Source: a virus. From it: a DNA stretch of 64,000 nt. Under the pieces are notes generated by a model. The model did not search any database. It saw only the letters and a list, made by a program, of their open reading frames with translations, and was not told where the DNA came from. The first letter of the stretch is position 1. The number at the start of each line of letters is the position of its first letter. A program made the position numbers and the translations under genes. Of the stretch, positions 40,446 to 51,161 are shown piece after piece. The stretch is from IMG/VR virus record IMGVR_UViG_3300027708_000023; one strand, written 5' to 3'.

Positions 40446-41236
40446 GTCTCGAAGAGGAAAAGTTCATAACAGACAACTTTGGTTCTTTGTCTTTAGAGGA
40501 TATAGCCGAAGCTCTGAACAGAAATCTTCCACCCATACAAAGGTATGTGTCAGAGAATAAATTAGTCGTTTCGTCAGAAGATAGAAATGAACAAGAAATC
40601 CTAAGACAAAAACTGCACGCCAAAACGTTTTGGTCAGAGATACTCAGACAGTTTGACGAAGATACTGGTGAACTAAAATATTTTGAAGATACATGGATAG
40701 GATTAATTAAACAGTTTAGAGAAGATGTTTTAGCAGCAGAAGAACTACAGATTAAACAATTTATTACTATTGACATTCTTATTAATCGAAGCATGAAAGA
40801 AAGAAAAAGACACATATCAGAAACAGAGAAACTACAAAAACAAGTAGATAAAGAATATGAAAAATCCGAGACAGACAGAGACATTCCAAAACTGGCCAAC
40901 CTAGAAACACAACTGAGCTTTGCTCGCAATAGTATTGCGAATTATACTAATGAATATACCAAGCTCTTAAACGAGCAACAAAAGATCAGCAAGGATCTCA
41001 AGGCTACCAGAGAACAAAGAATCAAAAGAATAGAAGACGGAAAAAGCTCTTGGGTAGGTCTTATCCGAATGTTAGAAGACGAAGACGTAAGAGAAAAAGA
41101 AGGTCGTGAAATGGAAATTCTTAGTATGGCAACTGAAAAGTACAAGACCATGCTTAGTCAATATCATGCCTATGAGGATAAAGTTTTGGATAAACCCTTT
41201 CTAACAGCAGACACTATAGAGAAAAACGATGAATAA
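40406..41236 (+). CDS. HTH plus coiled-coil protein (terminase small subunit candidate)
   Basis: N-terminal LSLEDIAEALNR HTH, long coiled coil, located upstream of TerL; function inferred. Confidence 0.45.
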   Translation: MDTRKSPRKRGQLSLEEEKFITDNFGSLSLEDIAEALNRNLPPIQRYVSENKLVVSSEDRNEQEILRQKLHAKTFWSEILRQFDEDTGELKYFEDTWIGLIKQFREDVLAAEELQIKQFITIDILINRSMKERKRHISETEKLQKQVDKEYEKSETDRDIPKLANLETQLSFARNSIANYTNEYTKLLNEQQKISKDLKATREQRIKRIEDGKSSWVGLIRMLEDEDVREKEGREMEILSMATEKYKTMLSQYHAYEDKVLDKPFLTADTIEKNDE

Positions 41237-42299
41237 AACAGCTTTGATCACAGGAATTACCGGACAGGACGGAAGCTATTTAGCAGACTATCTTCTAGAT
41301 AAAGACTATAAAGTAGTTGGACTACATCGCAGAAGTAGCGTAAATAATTTTGAAAGAATAAAACACTTGCTTGATAATTCAAATTTTTCTTTGGAAGAGT
41401 TTGATATTACAGATCCTAGTGGATGTGTTAGGGTGTGCGAAAAATACCACCCAGAAGAATTCTATAACTTAGCTGCTCAGAGTCACGTTGGGACCAGCTT
41501 CAAACAACCTTCGACAACCTTAGAGATTAATACTATAGGAGTAGTTAATCTACTAGAAGCCTTAAGAATAATATCTCCACACTCCAAATTTTATCAGGCT
41601 AGTACTAGCGAAATGTTTGGGGCGAATTCAACACAGCAATGGTCGGAGGCATATAACAGAATGGAGCAGTATCAGAATGAAGAGACTCCTTTTGCTCCTC
41701 AAAGTCCTTATGCAGTAGCCAAATTGGCTAGTCACAGGATGGTTCATATTTATAGAGAATCCTATGGACTATTTGCTTGTTGTGGCATCTTATTTAATCA
41801 TGAAAGCCCACGAAGGGGTGAGAATTTTGTCACTCGCAAAATTACCAAATATCTGGGGGAATTAACTAATGGTTTTTTAAGTGGAGATAAATATGTTTCT
41901 TTAAAATTAGGAAATATTAATGCTTATCGAGATTGGGGTCATGCCAAAGATTTTGTACGAGCTATGCATCTTATGCTACAACAAGACAAACCACAGGACT
42001 ATGTTATAGCCACAGGACAAACCAATAGCGTAAAAGACTTTCTATATCATAGCTTTAAATTATTCAACTTAAATTATGAAGAACATCTCGAAATAGACCC
42101 TTCTTTATACAGACCATCAGAAGTAGAATATCTAAAGGGGGATTCTTCTAAAGCCCAAAGGTCACTGGACTGGAAGCCAGAAATATCTTTTCAAGAATTA
42201 GTGGCCGATATGGTGTATTCAGATTTTGAATTGGCCAATCAAATAGCCAGAAATAATAATGCTACTTGTGGTCCACCCCCAGGAATAGTCCATGTTTAG
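41229..42299 (+). CDS. gmd: GDP-mannose 4,6-dehydratase
   Basis: TALITGITGQDGSYLA, NLAAQSHV, YQASTSEMFG, SPYAVAK, LFNHESPRRG, RDWGHAKD. Confidence 0.97.
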   Translation: MNKTALITGITGQDGSYLADYLLDKDYKVVGLHRRSSVNNFERIKHLLDNSNFSLEEFDITDPSGCVRVCEKYHPEEFYNLAAQSHVGTSFKQPSTTLEINTIGVVNLLEALRIISPHSKFYQASTSEMFGANSTQQWSEAYNRMEQYQNEETPFAPQSPYAVAKLASHRMVHIYRESYGLFACCGILFNHESPRRGENFVTRKITKYLGELTNGFLSGDKYVSLKLGNINAYRDWGHAKDFVRAMHLMLQQDKPQDYVIATGQTNSVKDFLYHSFKLFNLNYEEHLEIDPSLYRPSEVEYLKGDSSKAQRSLDWKPEISFQELVADMVYSDFELANQIARNNNATCGPPPGIVHV

Positions 42300-42570
42300 A
42301 AATTTTGGAGATCCTCAATATAAGAAATGGCGTAAAGCTGTTTATAAAAGGGATAACTATAAGTGCCAATGGCCAAATTGTACCATGAAGAAAAGAATAA
42401 ATGCTCATCATATTAAAACGTGGGCTGGTTTTCCTGGCTTACGATTTGAGGTTAATAATGGAATAACATTGTGCAAATATCATCATGACCTTATTAAAGG
42501 TATGGAAGAAGATTATAGTCTCAGTTTTTTAAAAATAATTCTAGCTAAAAACCAAAGGAAAGAACCATGA
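42292..42570 (+). CDS. HNH endonuclease
   Basis: WRKAVYKRDNYKCQ, AHHI, NGITLCKYHH. Confidence 0.9.
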   Translation: MFRNFGDPQYKKWRKAVYKRDNYKCQWPNCTMKKRINAHHIKTWAGFPGLRFEVNNGITLCKYHHDLIKGMEEDYSLSFLKIILAKNQRKEP

Positions 42571-43160
42571 TCAAATTAGAGTCTCAAATAACAATAACCC
42601 CTCCTCCTTTCACTAACGAAAATAATCAAGTAGTTAGTCCAGGGTCTATGACTTTTGATGTTTTAAATGTTTCTTATGTAGATACTCCATCTAGTAAAAA
42701 TTTGGTCGCTTACATTAACGGATTACCAGGATCTTTCACATTATTCTCAGGTCAACAGTATGACATTATTGGAAACTGGACTCAAGAACAAGCAGACCGA
42801 GCCCTTAGATCACAGCTTGGAAATACAGCAGAAGAAATAAAAGAAACCTTACAAAGCTTATTTCCAAAAACATTAGAACAAAATCCTAATGGTCCAGGAT
42901 CAATTCTAACAGGTATGATTAGCTCACTCGGAATTAAAAGCACATCCAACTGTTCTTGTCGCCGCCACGCCCTAGAAATGAATGAAAAGGGACCAGACTG
43001 GTGCGATCAAAACATGCCCACCATTTTAAGTTGGCTCAAGGAAGAGAGTTCCAAACGCAATCTTCCGTTTATCGAGATGGTAGCCAAAGCTATGGTACAA
43101 AGAGCTATTAATAAGTCTCGACGACTAATGGCCAAAGAGCAAAGTAATGAGCAAGCATGA
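42567..43160 (+). CDS. hypothetical protein with C-terminal GPG...CSC...MN..G..WC motif
   Basis: 197 aa, coupled to neighbours. Confidence 0.75.
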   Translation: MIKLESQITITPPPFTNENNQVVSPGSMTFDVLNVSYVDTPSSKNLVAYINGLPGSFTLFSGQQYDIIGNWTQEQADRALRSQLGNTAEEIKETLQSLFPKTLEQNPNGPGSILTGMISSLGIKSTSNCSCRRHALEMNEKGPDWCDQNMPTILSWLKEESSKRNLPFIEMVAKAMVQRAINKSRRLMAKEQSNEQA

Positions 43161-43629
43161 TGATTTTACTATAATTATAGATACCAGAGAACAGCAACCC
43201 TGGGCTTTTGAGCACTATACTACAGCTAGTAGAAAACTAGACACTGGAGATTATAGTATTGAAGGACTAGAAGACGTTGTATGTATAGAGCGTAAAAAAA
43301 GCGTCAGTGAAGTTGCCAACAATCTCACAGAGTCTAGATTTATTGATGTTGTAGATCGAATGAGCAAGTTCAAGTACGCTTTCTTGCTTCTTGAGTTCGA
43401 TCTTGCACAAGTTTTAAGTTATCCAATAGGATCTAATCTTCCTCGTAGACTTTGGGATAAAATAAAAATATCTCCAGCATTTATAGTCAAACACATTTTA
43501 GAACTACAACTAAATCATAATATTAAAGTATTATTCTGTGGTTCATCGTCTGATGCAGAACAAATGGCAGAATATATTCTTAAGAAAGTTCACTATATTG
43601 AAAAAGTCAAACAGCAAAAAGATATTTGA
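43147..43629 (+). CDS. ERCC4-type (XPF-like) nuclease
   Basis: IIIDTREQ, TGDYS, IERK motifs. Confidence 0.85.
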   Translation: MSKHDDFTIIIDTREQQPWAFEHYTTASRKLDTGDYSIEGLEDVVCIERKKSVSEVANNLTESRFIDVVDRMSKFKYAFLLLEFDLAQVLSYPIGSNLPRRLWDKIKISPAFIVKHILELQLNHNIKVLFCGSSSDAEQMAEYILKKVHYIEKVKQQKDI

Positions 43630-45631
43630 AGATGCATGGTTAGGGCTTGGAGATCTTTCTGAGATTATAGTTCCTTCTAACCCCATGATAAATAGGGTCA
43701 AAGAAGATATAGAAAATCCTGATTTGCATCTTATGAGAATATTACGCAATCCTCATTATCTAGGATCAACATGCAAATTACTCTTTGATATAGAGTTACA
43801 TCCTATTCAAGTTGCTATTTTGCAAGAATTTTGGATACGCTCTTTTCCTATGTATATAGCTAGTCGTGGTTGGGGTAAGTCATTCTTATTGGCTTTATAC
43901 TGTATTTTACGATGTGCTTTTTTCCCTGGCACCAAGATAGTAGTAGTTGGTGCTGCTTTTCGACAGAGTAAGATTATTTTCGAATACATGGAAACTATCT
44001 GGAGGAATAGCGCAATATTACGCAGTATCTTTACGGGAAATGATGATGGACCAAGAAGAGACGTTGATCGATGTACTTTAAGATTAGGAGATAGTTGGAC
44101 AATAGCTATCCCCATGGGTGATGGTAGTAAGATTAGAGGTTTAAGAGCCCACATTATTATTGCTGACGAATTTGCTTCTATATCTCCAGATATTTACGAG
44201 ACGGTGGTTTCAGGCTTCGCAGCAGTTTCAGCTACTCCGATTCAAAACGTTAAAGAACAAGCCAAAAGAGCAGCCATGACAGAAGCTGGCCTATGGAATG
44301 AAGAATTAGAAACTCTTAATACAAAAATGGGTAATCAAGCAATCGTATCCGGAACAGCAGATTATGGTTTTAAGCATTTTGCTTCTTACTGGAGACGATA
44401 TAAGGGAATTATAGAAAGCGGTGGAGATAAACGCAAACTAGAAGAACTATTTAATGGGGAAATTCCTAGTAATTTTAATTGGAAAGATTACAGTATCATT
44501 CGTATTCCTTATGAATTGATTCCCAAAGGATTCATGGATGACAAACAGGTATCACGAGCCAAAGCAACTATCCATACCGGTATTTACAATATGGAATATG
44601 CCGCTTGCTTTGTTAATGATAGTGAAGGTTTCTTTAAAAGAAGCTTAATAGAAGGATGCGTCACATCTAGCTCCAAACAAATCATAGTAAATAATAAACA
44701 CATTTTATTTGAAGCAACAATAAAAGGCAATCCTAATTTACGTTATGTATATGGTATCGACCCAGCTAGTGAACAAGACAATTTTAGTATCATTATACTA
44801 GAAATTCATCCAGACCATTCTCGTATTGTATATTGTTGGACAACAAATAGAAGCAACTTTAAAGATAGACAAAAAACAGGACTAGTAACAGAACATGATT
44901 TTTATGGATTTTGTTGCAGAAAGATACGCAATCTTATGAAAATCTTTCCTTGCGAACGAATAGTTCTTGATGCTCAAGGTGGTGGCGTTTCTATTGAAGA
45001 GGCTTTGCATGATCCTTCAAAGCTAGAAGAAGGAGAGCATTTGATTTGGCCAGTTATTAATCCAGAAAAAAACAAAGACACAGACGATCAAGCCGGTTTA
45101 CACTTAATAGAATTGATACAGTTTGCCAGAGCAGACTGGACAGCTCAAGCTAATCACGGATTAAGAAAAGATCTTGAAGATAAAGTATTGTTATTCCCAG
45201 CATTTGATAATTTAACATTGGGCTTAGCCCTAGACGCTGAAGGTAAAGATATTATCAATACTGAGCTTAACCCAATTTATGATAGTCTTAGCGAATGTAT
45301 TCTGGAAATAGAAGAATTAAAAAATGAATTAACCACTATAGTTATGAGTCAAACTAGCAACGGACCTAATGCTAGAGATCGATGGGATACTCCAGAAGTT
45401 AAACTTCCTAATGGTAAAAAAGGACGATTACGTAAAGATAGATATAGTTCTTTAGTAATGGCAAATATGGCGGCCAGACAACAACAAAGAGCCCTTCCCC
45501 CAGTTCAGTATGATATTATTGGTGGTAATTTAAAAGATGTTGCAGAAAATAAGGGTCAATTATATAGAGGACCAGAATGGTTTACTTCAGCAGTAAATGA
45601 AGATATATATACTGGAATTTATAGACAATAG
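43538..45631 (+). CDS. terL: terminase large subunit
   Basis: Walker A ASRGWGKS, Walker B IIIADE, RNase-H-like YGIDPA, C-terminal KDRYSS; true start probably slightly downstream (TTG ~43598). Confidence 0.92.
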   Translation: MVHRLMQNKWQNIFLRKFTILKKSNSKKIFEDAWLGLGDLSEIIVPSNPMINRVKEDIENPDLHLMRILRNPHYLGSTCKLLFDIELHPIQVAILQEFWIRSFPMYIASRGWGKSFLLALYCILRCAFFPGTKIVVVGAAFRQSKIIFEYMETIWRNSAILRSIFTGNDDGPRRDVDRCTLRLGDSWTIAIPMGDGSKIRGLRAHIIIADEFASISPDIYETVVSGFAAVSATPIQNVKEQAKRAAMTEAGLWNEELETLNTKMGNQAIVSGTADYGFKHFASYWRRYKGIIESGGDKRKLEELFNGEIPSNFNWKDYSIIRIPYELIPKGFMDDKQVSRAKATIHTGIYNMEYAACFVNDSEGFFKRSLIEGCVTSSSKQIIVNNKHILFEATIKGNPNLRYVYGIDPASEQDNFSIIILEIHPDHSRIVYCWTTNRSNFKDRQKTGLVTEHDFYGFCCRKIRNLMKIFPCERIVLDAQGGGVSIEEALHDPSKLEEGEHLIWPVINPEKNKDTDDQAGLHLIELIQFARADWTAQANHGLRKDLEDKVLLFPAFDNLTLGLALDAEGKDIINTELNPIYDSLSECILEIEELKNELTTIVMSQTSNGPNARDRWDTPEVKLPNGKKGRLRKDRYSSLVMANMAARQQQRALPPVQYDIIGGNLKDVAENKGQLYRGPEWFTSAVNEDIYTGIYRQ

Positions 45632-45687
45632 TGTATGATCTCTTATAATACTATTGTAATCCCATCACAATCATAACGTGGAATATT

Positions 45688-47907
45688 ATGGCCAATAAAC
45701 AGCCCACAAATCCCATCATTCAAGATGCAGCACCACATATCCCAGATCAAGCCTATATTGCTTGGGGAGATGACCTAGCCAGCAAACAGGAAGCTCTAAA
45801 AACTTCGTCTGAATCTTTAGACGAATTTACAATGGTACAACGATCCAAGGCTGGTAGATTTTACAGGGTAGATTATAGTAATCTTGATGGTAGCACAGGA
45901 GGTAGGCCAGGACTAACAAGAAGTGACTATGACTTCTTTAGACCAGACGAAGCAGTACCCAAGCGCATCAAAGATATTATGCGCAGATCTGATGAGATTT
46001 ACCAAAAGGTTGGATTAGTAAAAAATGTTATAGATCTCATGGGAGATTTTGCTGTACAGGGGATTAATATCTGTCATAAAAATAAAAGGATAGAACGATT
46101 TTACAGACAGTGGTTTAAGAAAATAGGAGGAAAGGAACGCAGCGAAAGATTCCTTAACAATCTTTATAAAACGGGTAACGTTGTCATAAATAGACAAACG
46201 GGCAAACTTAGTCTTAAAGTTACAGATAAGTTATATAGAGCAGTAAGCTCCCCAGATCTTCAAATAGCTGATATGGATAGTGTGCAAGTAGAAAAAAGAG
46301 AAATTCCGTGGAAGTATACTTTTATAGATCCGTCATTTGTAGATGTTGCTGCTGGTCCACTTTCTTCTTTTGTTTCTCAAAAAAGATATGAATTAACACT
46401 ACCTGCTATTTTGAGAAAAATGATCAACTCTCCTCAGTCCGATGCTGAAAAAGAAATCATTAATAATCTACCTCCTCAGATAGTTCAAGCAGCAAAAGCA
46501 AAAAAACCATATCCTCTAGATCCACAAAAGATTTTAGTATTTCACTACAAAAAAGACGATTGGCAAACATGGGCATATCCTATGGTCTATTCTATAATGG
46601 ATGATATTACAGTTATAGAAAAACTTAAACTAGCAGATATGGCAGCTCTTGACGGGGCTATCTCTAATATTCGTATTTTTAAATTAGGAAGTCTAGAACA
46701 CAAGATTGCTCCTACAAAAGCAGCCACAGCAAAGCTAGCTCAGATTTTGGGTAATAATGTTGGTGGAGGCACAATGGATTTAGTATGGGGACCAGATATT
46801 GAACTCATAGAATCTAAAACAAGTGTTCATCAATTTTTAGGAGAAGGCAAATATGTTCCCCACATGAATAGCGTATATGCTGGTTTGGGAATTCCTCCTA
46901 CATTAACAGGAACATTCGGAGCAGCCGGAACAACCAACAATTTTATATCCCTCAAAACTCTCACACAAAGACTTCAGTACGGTAGAGATATGCTTATTTC
47001 TTTTTGGGAGAAAGAGATCGAGCTAGTACAAAAAGCTATGGGCTTTAAATATGGAGCTAAAATAGAATTTGATAGAATGGACTTAAGTAATGAAGATGCT
47101 GAGAAAGCATTATTAATTCAACTAGCAGATAGGAATGTAATTAGTGATGAGCTATTACAAACCAAGTTCGGCATAGATCCAGACATGGAAAAGAGTAGAC
47201 TCAATAGAGAAACCAGAGAAAGAAACTCAGAAAGAATGGTTCCAAAAGCTGGACCGTGGAATGATCCTCAAGTTGAAAATGCTCTCAAGAAGATTGCTTT
47301 ACAAACAGGTACCGTAACTCCTAGCCAAGTTGGTCTAGAACTAGAGAAAAAGAAAAGCGGAGAAAAAACAGCTTTAGAACAAAAAATCCCTCCTCAGTCT
47401 GGTCCTTCAACGAAGTTGGCAAATGATTCGCCAGAATCATTGCCAGGTATCCCCGGACAAGGCAGACCTAAATTAAGTAAGGATTCTGCACCCCGAAAAA
47501 CCAAAAAGTTCTCGCCCCAGACTGGAGCTAGCCTAATGCTATGGGCTAATGAAGCACAAGATAAAATTAATGATATGCTTAATCCAATCTTATTAGACTT
47601 TTATAACAAGAAAAATTTGAGGAGTTTATCTAAAGCAGAGAGTAAGGAAATGGATTCGGTTAAAACCAAAATCTTATTCAGTCTCACACCAACCTGCACA
47701 ATTGACCCCGACCTAATGACCAAAGCATTAGCCAACATTCATGCCAAAGAACACGCCACGGTTATTGGGGCTTATAATAATTGGCTAAAACCCATTAAAA
47801 CAGAAATCAATAGAGATCTAACAGTTGACGAGATTAAACAACTTAAGTCTTCTTTTTATTCTCTGGTGTATAATTCTTTGATCGAAAAATCTTATACTGA
47901 GGCTTAA
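45688..47907 (+). CDS. portal protein
   Basis: 739 aa immediately after TerL; LGIPPTL-type motif; synteny. Confidence 0.8.
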   Translation: MANKQPTNPIIQDAAPHIPDQAYIAWGDDLASKQEALKTSSESLDEFTMVQRSKAGRFYRVDYSNLDGSTGGRPGLTRSDYDFFRPDEAVPKRIKDIMRRSDEIYQKVGLVKNVIDLMGDFAVQGINICHKNKRIERFYRQWFKKIGGKERSERFLNNLYKTGNVVINRQTGKLSLKVTDKLYRAVSSPDLQIADMDSVQVEKREIPWKYTFIDPSFVDVAAGPLSSFVSQKRYELTLPAILRKMINSPQSDAEKEIINNLPPQIVQAAKAKKPYPLDPQKILVFHYKKDDWQTWAYPMVYSIMDDITVIEKLKLADMAALDGAISNIRIFKLGSLEHKIAPTKAATAKLAQILGNNVGGGTMDLVWGPDIELIESKTSVHQFLGEGKYVPHMNSVYAGLGIPPTLTGTFGAAGTTNNFISLKTLTQRLQYGRDMLISFWEKEIELVQKAMGFKYGAKIEFDRMDLSNEDAEKALLIQLADRNVISDELLQTKFGIDPDMEKSRLNRETRERNSERMVPKAGPWNDPQVENALKKIALQTGTVTPSQVGLELEKKKSGEKTALEQKIPPQSGPSTKLANDSPESLPGIPGQGRPKLSKDSAPRKTKKFSPQTGASLMLWANEAQDKINDMLNPILLDFYNKKNLRSLSKAESKEMDSVKTKILFSLTPTCTIDPDLMTKALANIHAKEHATVIGAYNNWLKPIKTEINRDLTVDEIKQLKSSFYSLVYNSLIEKSYTEA

Positions 47908-47908
47908 A

Positions 47909-49519
47909 ATGCATATTTTTGAACAAGAGATTAGCGATGGTCTCGAAGAAAAGCTTAAATCACAAGCTTCTATCTCATATGCTTGCGTTGTTGAGCCTTC
48001 GAATAAAACCAATCATAGTGTTAAGCACATAAAGAGTTTAGCTTCACTACAAGATAGTGATCTTTATTATGTCCAGTCTATTTTAGTAACTTCTAGCTGG
48101 AATAAAAACGATGATATTTTTGATAAAGATGAAGTTTGGGCAGCTAAACATACCCCAGAGGATAAACCCACTAATCTTAATCATGACGAAAATGTTATAG
48201 TTGGCCATATTACATCAAACTGGCCTATTACTGATGATGGAGTTTTAATTGACGAAAATACTCCAGTAGAAAATCTACCAAATAAATTTCATATTTTAAC
48301 AGGATCAGTTATTTATAAAGGATTTTCTTCTGAAGAATTAATGAGTAGGGCGAATACTCTAATATCAGAAATAGAGTCCGGAACTAAATATGTTAGTATG
48401 GAATGCTTTTTTAAAGGATTTGATTACGGACTATTAAATAAATCAACAGGTGAATTTAAAGTTTTAAATAGAAATGCAGAAACAGCATTTTTAACTAAAC
48501 ACCTTAGATCATACGGTGGATTAGGAGAACATGATAATTATAAAATTGGTAGAGTATTGAGAAACATAACCTTTTCAGGCAAGGGTTTTGTTGACAAACC
48601 AGCAAATCCCGATAGTATAATTTTTACAAAAGATTCTTTTTTAAATAATTCAACAGAAATTTTTGCTAATTTATCAAATCTAGGTGTATTTGATAATCAG
48701 TCAACCTTAAATGTGGAGAACACGACTATGAATTCAACTCAGACAGAGACAGTAGCTTCAACAGAACAGACCATTGTAGCAACACCAGATGTTGGCACAC
48801 AAACAACAGACGTTGTTACAGAAACAACCACCACAACAGAAACTGTTGCAACAGATACGGCTTTTGTAGACAGCCTACAAACAAGAATAGTTGAACTTGA
48901 ATCTCAAGTCGCTTCCCAATTAGAGATAATTGAAGCTGCTAAGAAAATGAAGGAAGAAGAAGAAAAGAATGAAGTAGAAGATAAAAAGGAAAGTAAAAAA
49001 GAAGAAGATAAAGAAGAAGAAACAGAAGCAGCCAAGAAAACAAAACAAGAAATGGCCAAAAAAGATGAAGAAATGAAAAAGGTCAAATCTGAACTAGATG
49101 CTGCTCTAGAAGCCATTGCTGGATATAAGATGAAAGAAGTAGAAATGGCTAAGAAAGAAAAGAAGATGAAAAGAAAAGCTTCTCTAATCGACAATGGTGT
49201 TGATGCTGAGTCAGCAGAAACCGTTGTAGAAAAATTTGAAACTATGGCTGATGATGCTTTTGAGGCTATGACCAGCTTGTTTGCTGGTAAGATGCCACCA
49301 TGGTTGGAAAAGATCAAGAAGGGCGACGATAAAGAAGATGATAAAAAAGCCAAAGACAAGAAGAAAGCATCAGAAACTTCTGCTGATCCAGAAGTATTAG
49401 ACACAGTTGAGGTAGTAGAAGAAGTTAATCTTGGCGTTGGAGGAGAAACCGAATCTTCGGTAGACACCACCAGAGCCGCATTAATCGATTTTGTAAGTAG
49501 CAGATTAGGTAAAAAATAA
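47909..49519 (+). CDS. prohead protease/scaffold fusion
   Basis: NKNDDIF, VSMEC, FSGKGFVDKPANP N-domain; Glu/Lys coiled-coil C-half. Confidence 0.8.
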   Translation: MHIFEQEISDGLEEKLKSQASISYACVVEPSNKTNHSVKHIKSLASLQDSDLYYVQSILVTSSWNKNDDIFDKDEVWAAKHTPEDKPTNLNHDENVIVGHITSNWPITDDGVLIDENTPVENLPNKFHILTGSVIYKGFSSEELMSRANTLISEIESGTKYVSMECFFKGFDYGLLNKSTGEFKVLNRNAETAFLTKHLRSYGGLGEHDNYKIGRVLRNITFSGKGFVDKPANPDSIIFTKDSFLNNSTEIFANLSNLGVFDNQSTLNVENTTMNSTQTETVASTEQTIVATPDVGTQTTDVVTETTTTTETVATDTAFVDSLQTRIVELESQVASQLEIIEAAKKMKEEEEKNEVEDKKESKKEEDKEEETEAAKKTKQEMAKKDEEMKKVKSELDAALEAIAGYKMKEVEMAKKEKKMKRKASLIDNGVDAESAETVVEKFETMADDAFEAMTSLFAGKMPPWLEKIKKGDDKEDDKKAKDKKKASETSADPEVLDTVEVVEEVNLGVGGETESSVDTTRAALIDFVSSRLGKK

Positions 49520-49541
49520 CTATTAATAGGGAGAAACTGAA

Positions 49542-49997
49542 ATGGCTCTAAAACCAGATCGTATCGAAGCTCGCACAGATATTTCTTTTTTCATGAACAC
49601 AGTTGCAGAAAGAGGCGGCGTAGCTTCTGTTGTAACTGGTGGTGCCGGAGTAGCTATGGACGACGCTAATGCTGTCGTTGGCTACGCCTCAGCCGTCTCG
49701 GGTGCTCTACCCGTTGGCGTTCTTATGAACGACGTTGTAAATATTGATTTAACCAGACAGCACATCAACTGGTACAAAGACGAAGTCCAAGTCGGGGGCA
49801 AGGTAACTCTTCTCCGTCAGGGACAAGTCACTACTAACATGGTTGTATCTGGAAATACTCCAACAGCAGGTGTCGGTGCTTACGTAGGCGCTAACGGCTT
49901 ACTTAGTACTTCATCCACAAACGCTGTGAAAGTAGGTACATTCCTTGGTAGTAAAGACGCTGACGGTTACGTTAAAGTAGACATCAACATTACTTGA
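49542..49997 (+). CDS. capsid decoration/cement protein
   Basis: 151 aa Gly/Val-rich beta protein between scaffold and MCP. Confidence 0.65.
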   Translation: MALKPDRIEARTDISFFMNTVAERGGVASVVTGGAGVAMDDANAVVGYASAVSGALPVGVLMNDVVNIDLTRQHINWYKDEVQVGGKVTLLRQGQVTTNMVVSGNTPTAGVGAYVGANGLLSTSSTNAVKVGTFLGSKDADGYVKVDINIT

Positions 49998-50017
49998 TTT
50001 TAGAGGAGAGAAAAAAA

Positions 50018-51028
50018 ATGGCATCTAATACAAATAAGTTCCAACCAACTGCAGAAGTTACTGAACTACTAGTTCGTTCTGGTTCACCAGACCGAGAAGT
50101 AGCTCTAGCAGCTAACAGAGAGTTTGCAAAAGCTCTCGAATTGCCCCTTCGTCAAGGACTGTTAAGCGGTAACATCCTCGACAATATTTTTGAACCCATC
50201 CAATTGGCTCAGAGTGCAACTCCTGAGTTTCCATTGGACTTCATCGCTCCTGGCACAGAAAAGGACTTCGTAGCCTACACTGTACCAAATCATGGATATA
50301 TTCCAGAGCGTCACGTTGAAAGCGATTACGTCATGGTTCCAACCTATGACATCGGCGCTTCAATTGACTATCTCTTGAAGTATGCTCGTGATGCTCGCTG
50401 GGACGTTGTTGGTCGTGCTATGGAAGTCCTAGAGGCTTCATTCGTTAAGAAGATGAACGACGATGGCTGGCACACACTAATGGCCGCTGCTGTTGATCGT
50501 AACATCGTAGTATACGATAGTGACGCCAATGCTAATCAGTTTACCAAGAGACTAGTCAGTCTCATGAAGACAGTTATGCGTAGAAACGGTGGTGGTAACT
50601 CTGCTAGTACCAACCGTGGTATTCTAACTGATCTTTATGTTTCTCCAGAAGCTATGGAAGACATCCGTAACTGGGGTATCGATATCGTTGACGAGATTAC
50701 TCGTCGTGAGATCTATACCGCTGCCGACGGTACTCTTAACAGAATCTTCGGAATCAACTTGCACGACAGAGACGAACTAGGTGTTGGACAAGAATATCAA
50801 CTATTCTATACCAATACTCTCAGCGGCACACTACCAAGTGGTAAGGGTGAAGTTGTAGTTGGTCTTGATCTACGCAAGAGAGACAGTTTCATCATGCCAG
50901 TTCGCCAAGAAGTCCAGATCTTCGAAGACGAGACACTACATCGTCAGAAGAGAGCCGGTTTCTATGGATGGGCCGAGCAAGGCTTTGCTGTTCTAGATAA
51001 CCGTAGAGTTCTACTTGGTGCTCTCTAA
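50018..51028 (+). CDS. major capsid protein (HK97 fold)
   Basis: Position, size, strong RBS GAGGAGAG before ATG at 50018, biased codon usage, terminator downstream. Confidence 0.85.
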   Translation: MASNTNKFQPTAEVTELLVRSGSPDREVALAANREFAKALELPLRQGLLSGNILDNIFEPIQLAQSATPEFPLDFIAPGTEKDFVAYTVPNHGYIPERHVESDYVMVPTYDIGASIDYLLKYARDARWDVVGRAMEVLEASFVKKMNDDGWHTLMAAAVDRNIVVYDSDANANQFTKRLVSLMKTVMRRNGGGNSASTNRGILTDLYVSPEAMEDIRNWGIDIVDEITRREIYTAADGTLNRIFGINLHDRDELGVGQEYQLFYTNTLSGTLPSGKGEVVVGLDLRKRDSFIMPVRQEVQIFEDETLHRQKRAGFYGWAEQGFAVLDNRRVLLGAL

Positions 51029-51061
51029 TCAAGTTAGTTAACTTAACCTAATCAGCTATAA

Positions 51062-51099
51062 AAGTCAGGGCTGGGCCTAAAAACCCGGCCCTGATTTTT
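51062..51099 (+). terminator. intrinsic terminator after MCP
   Basis: TCAGGGCTGGG/CCCGGCCCTGA stem plus T-tract. Confidence 0.85.
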
Positions 51100-51161
51100 G
51101 TCTATAGGTGTACTATAACTATATCTATCTAATTATCTGTTTTAAATAGGATAACAACACT

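Noticed and set aside
48904-49470. 188-aa minus-strand ORF and similar antisense ORFs in the structural region
   Set aside because: Shadows of low-complexity Glu/Lys- or Ser/Thr-rich plus-strand genes.
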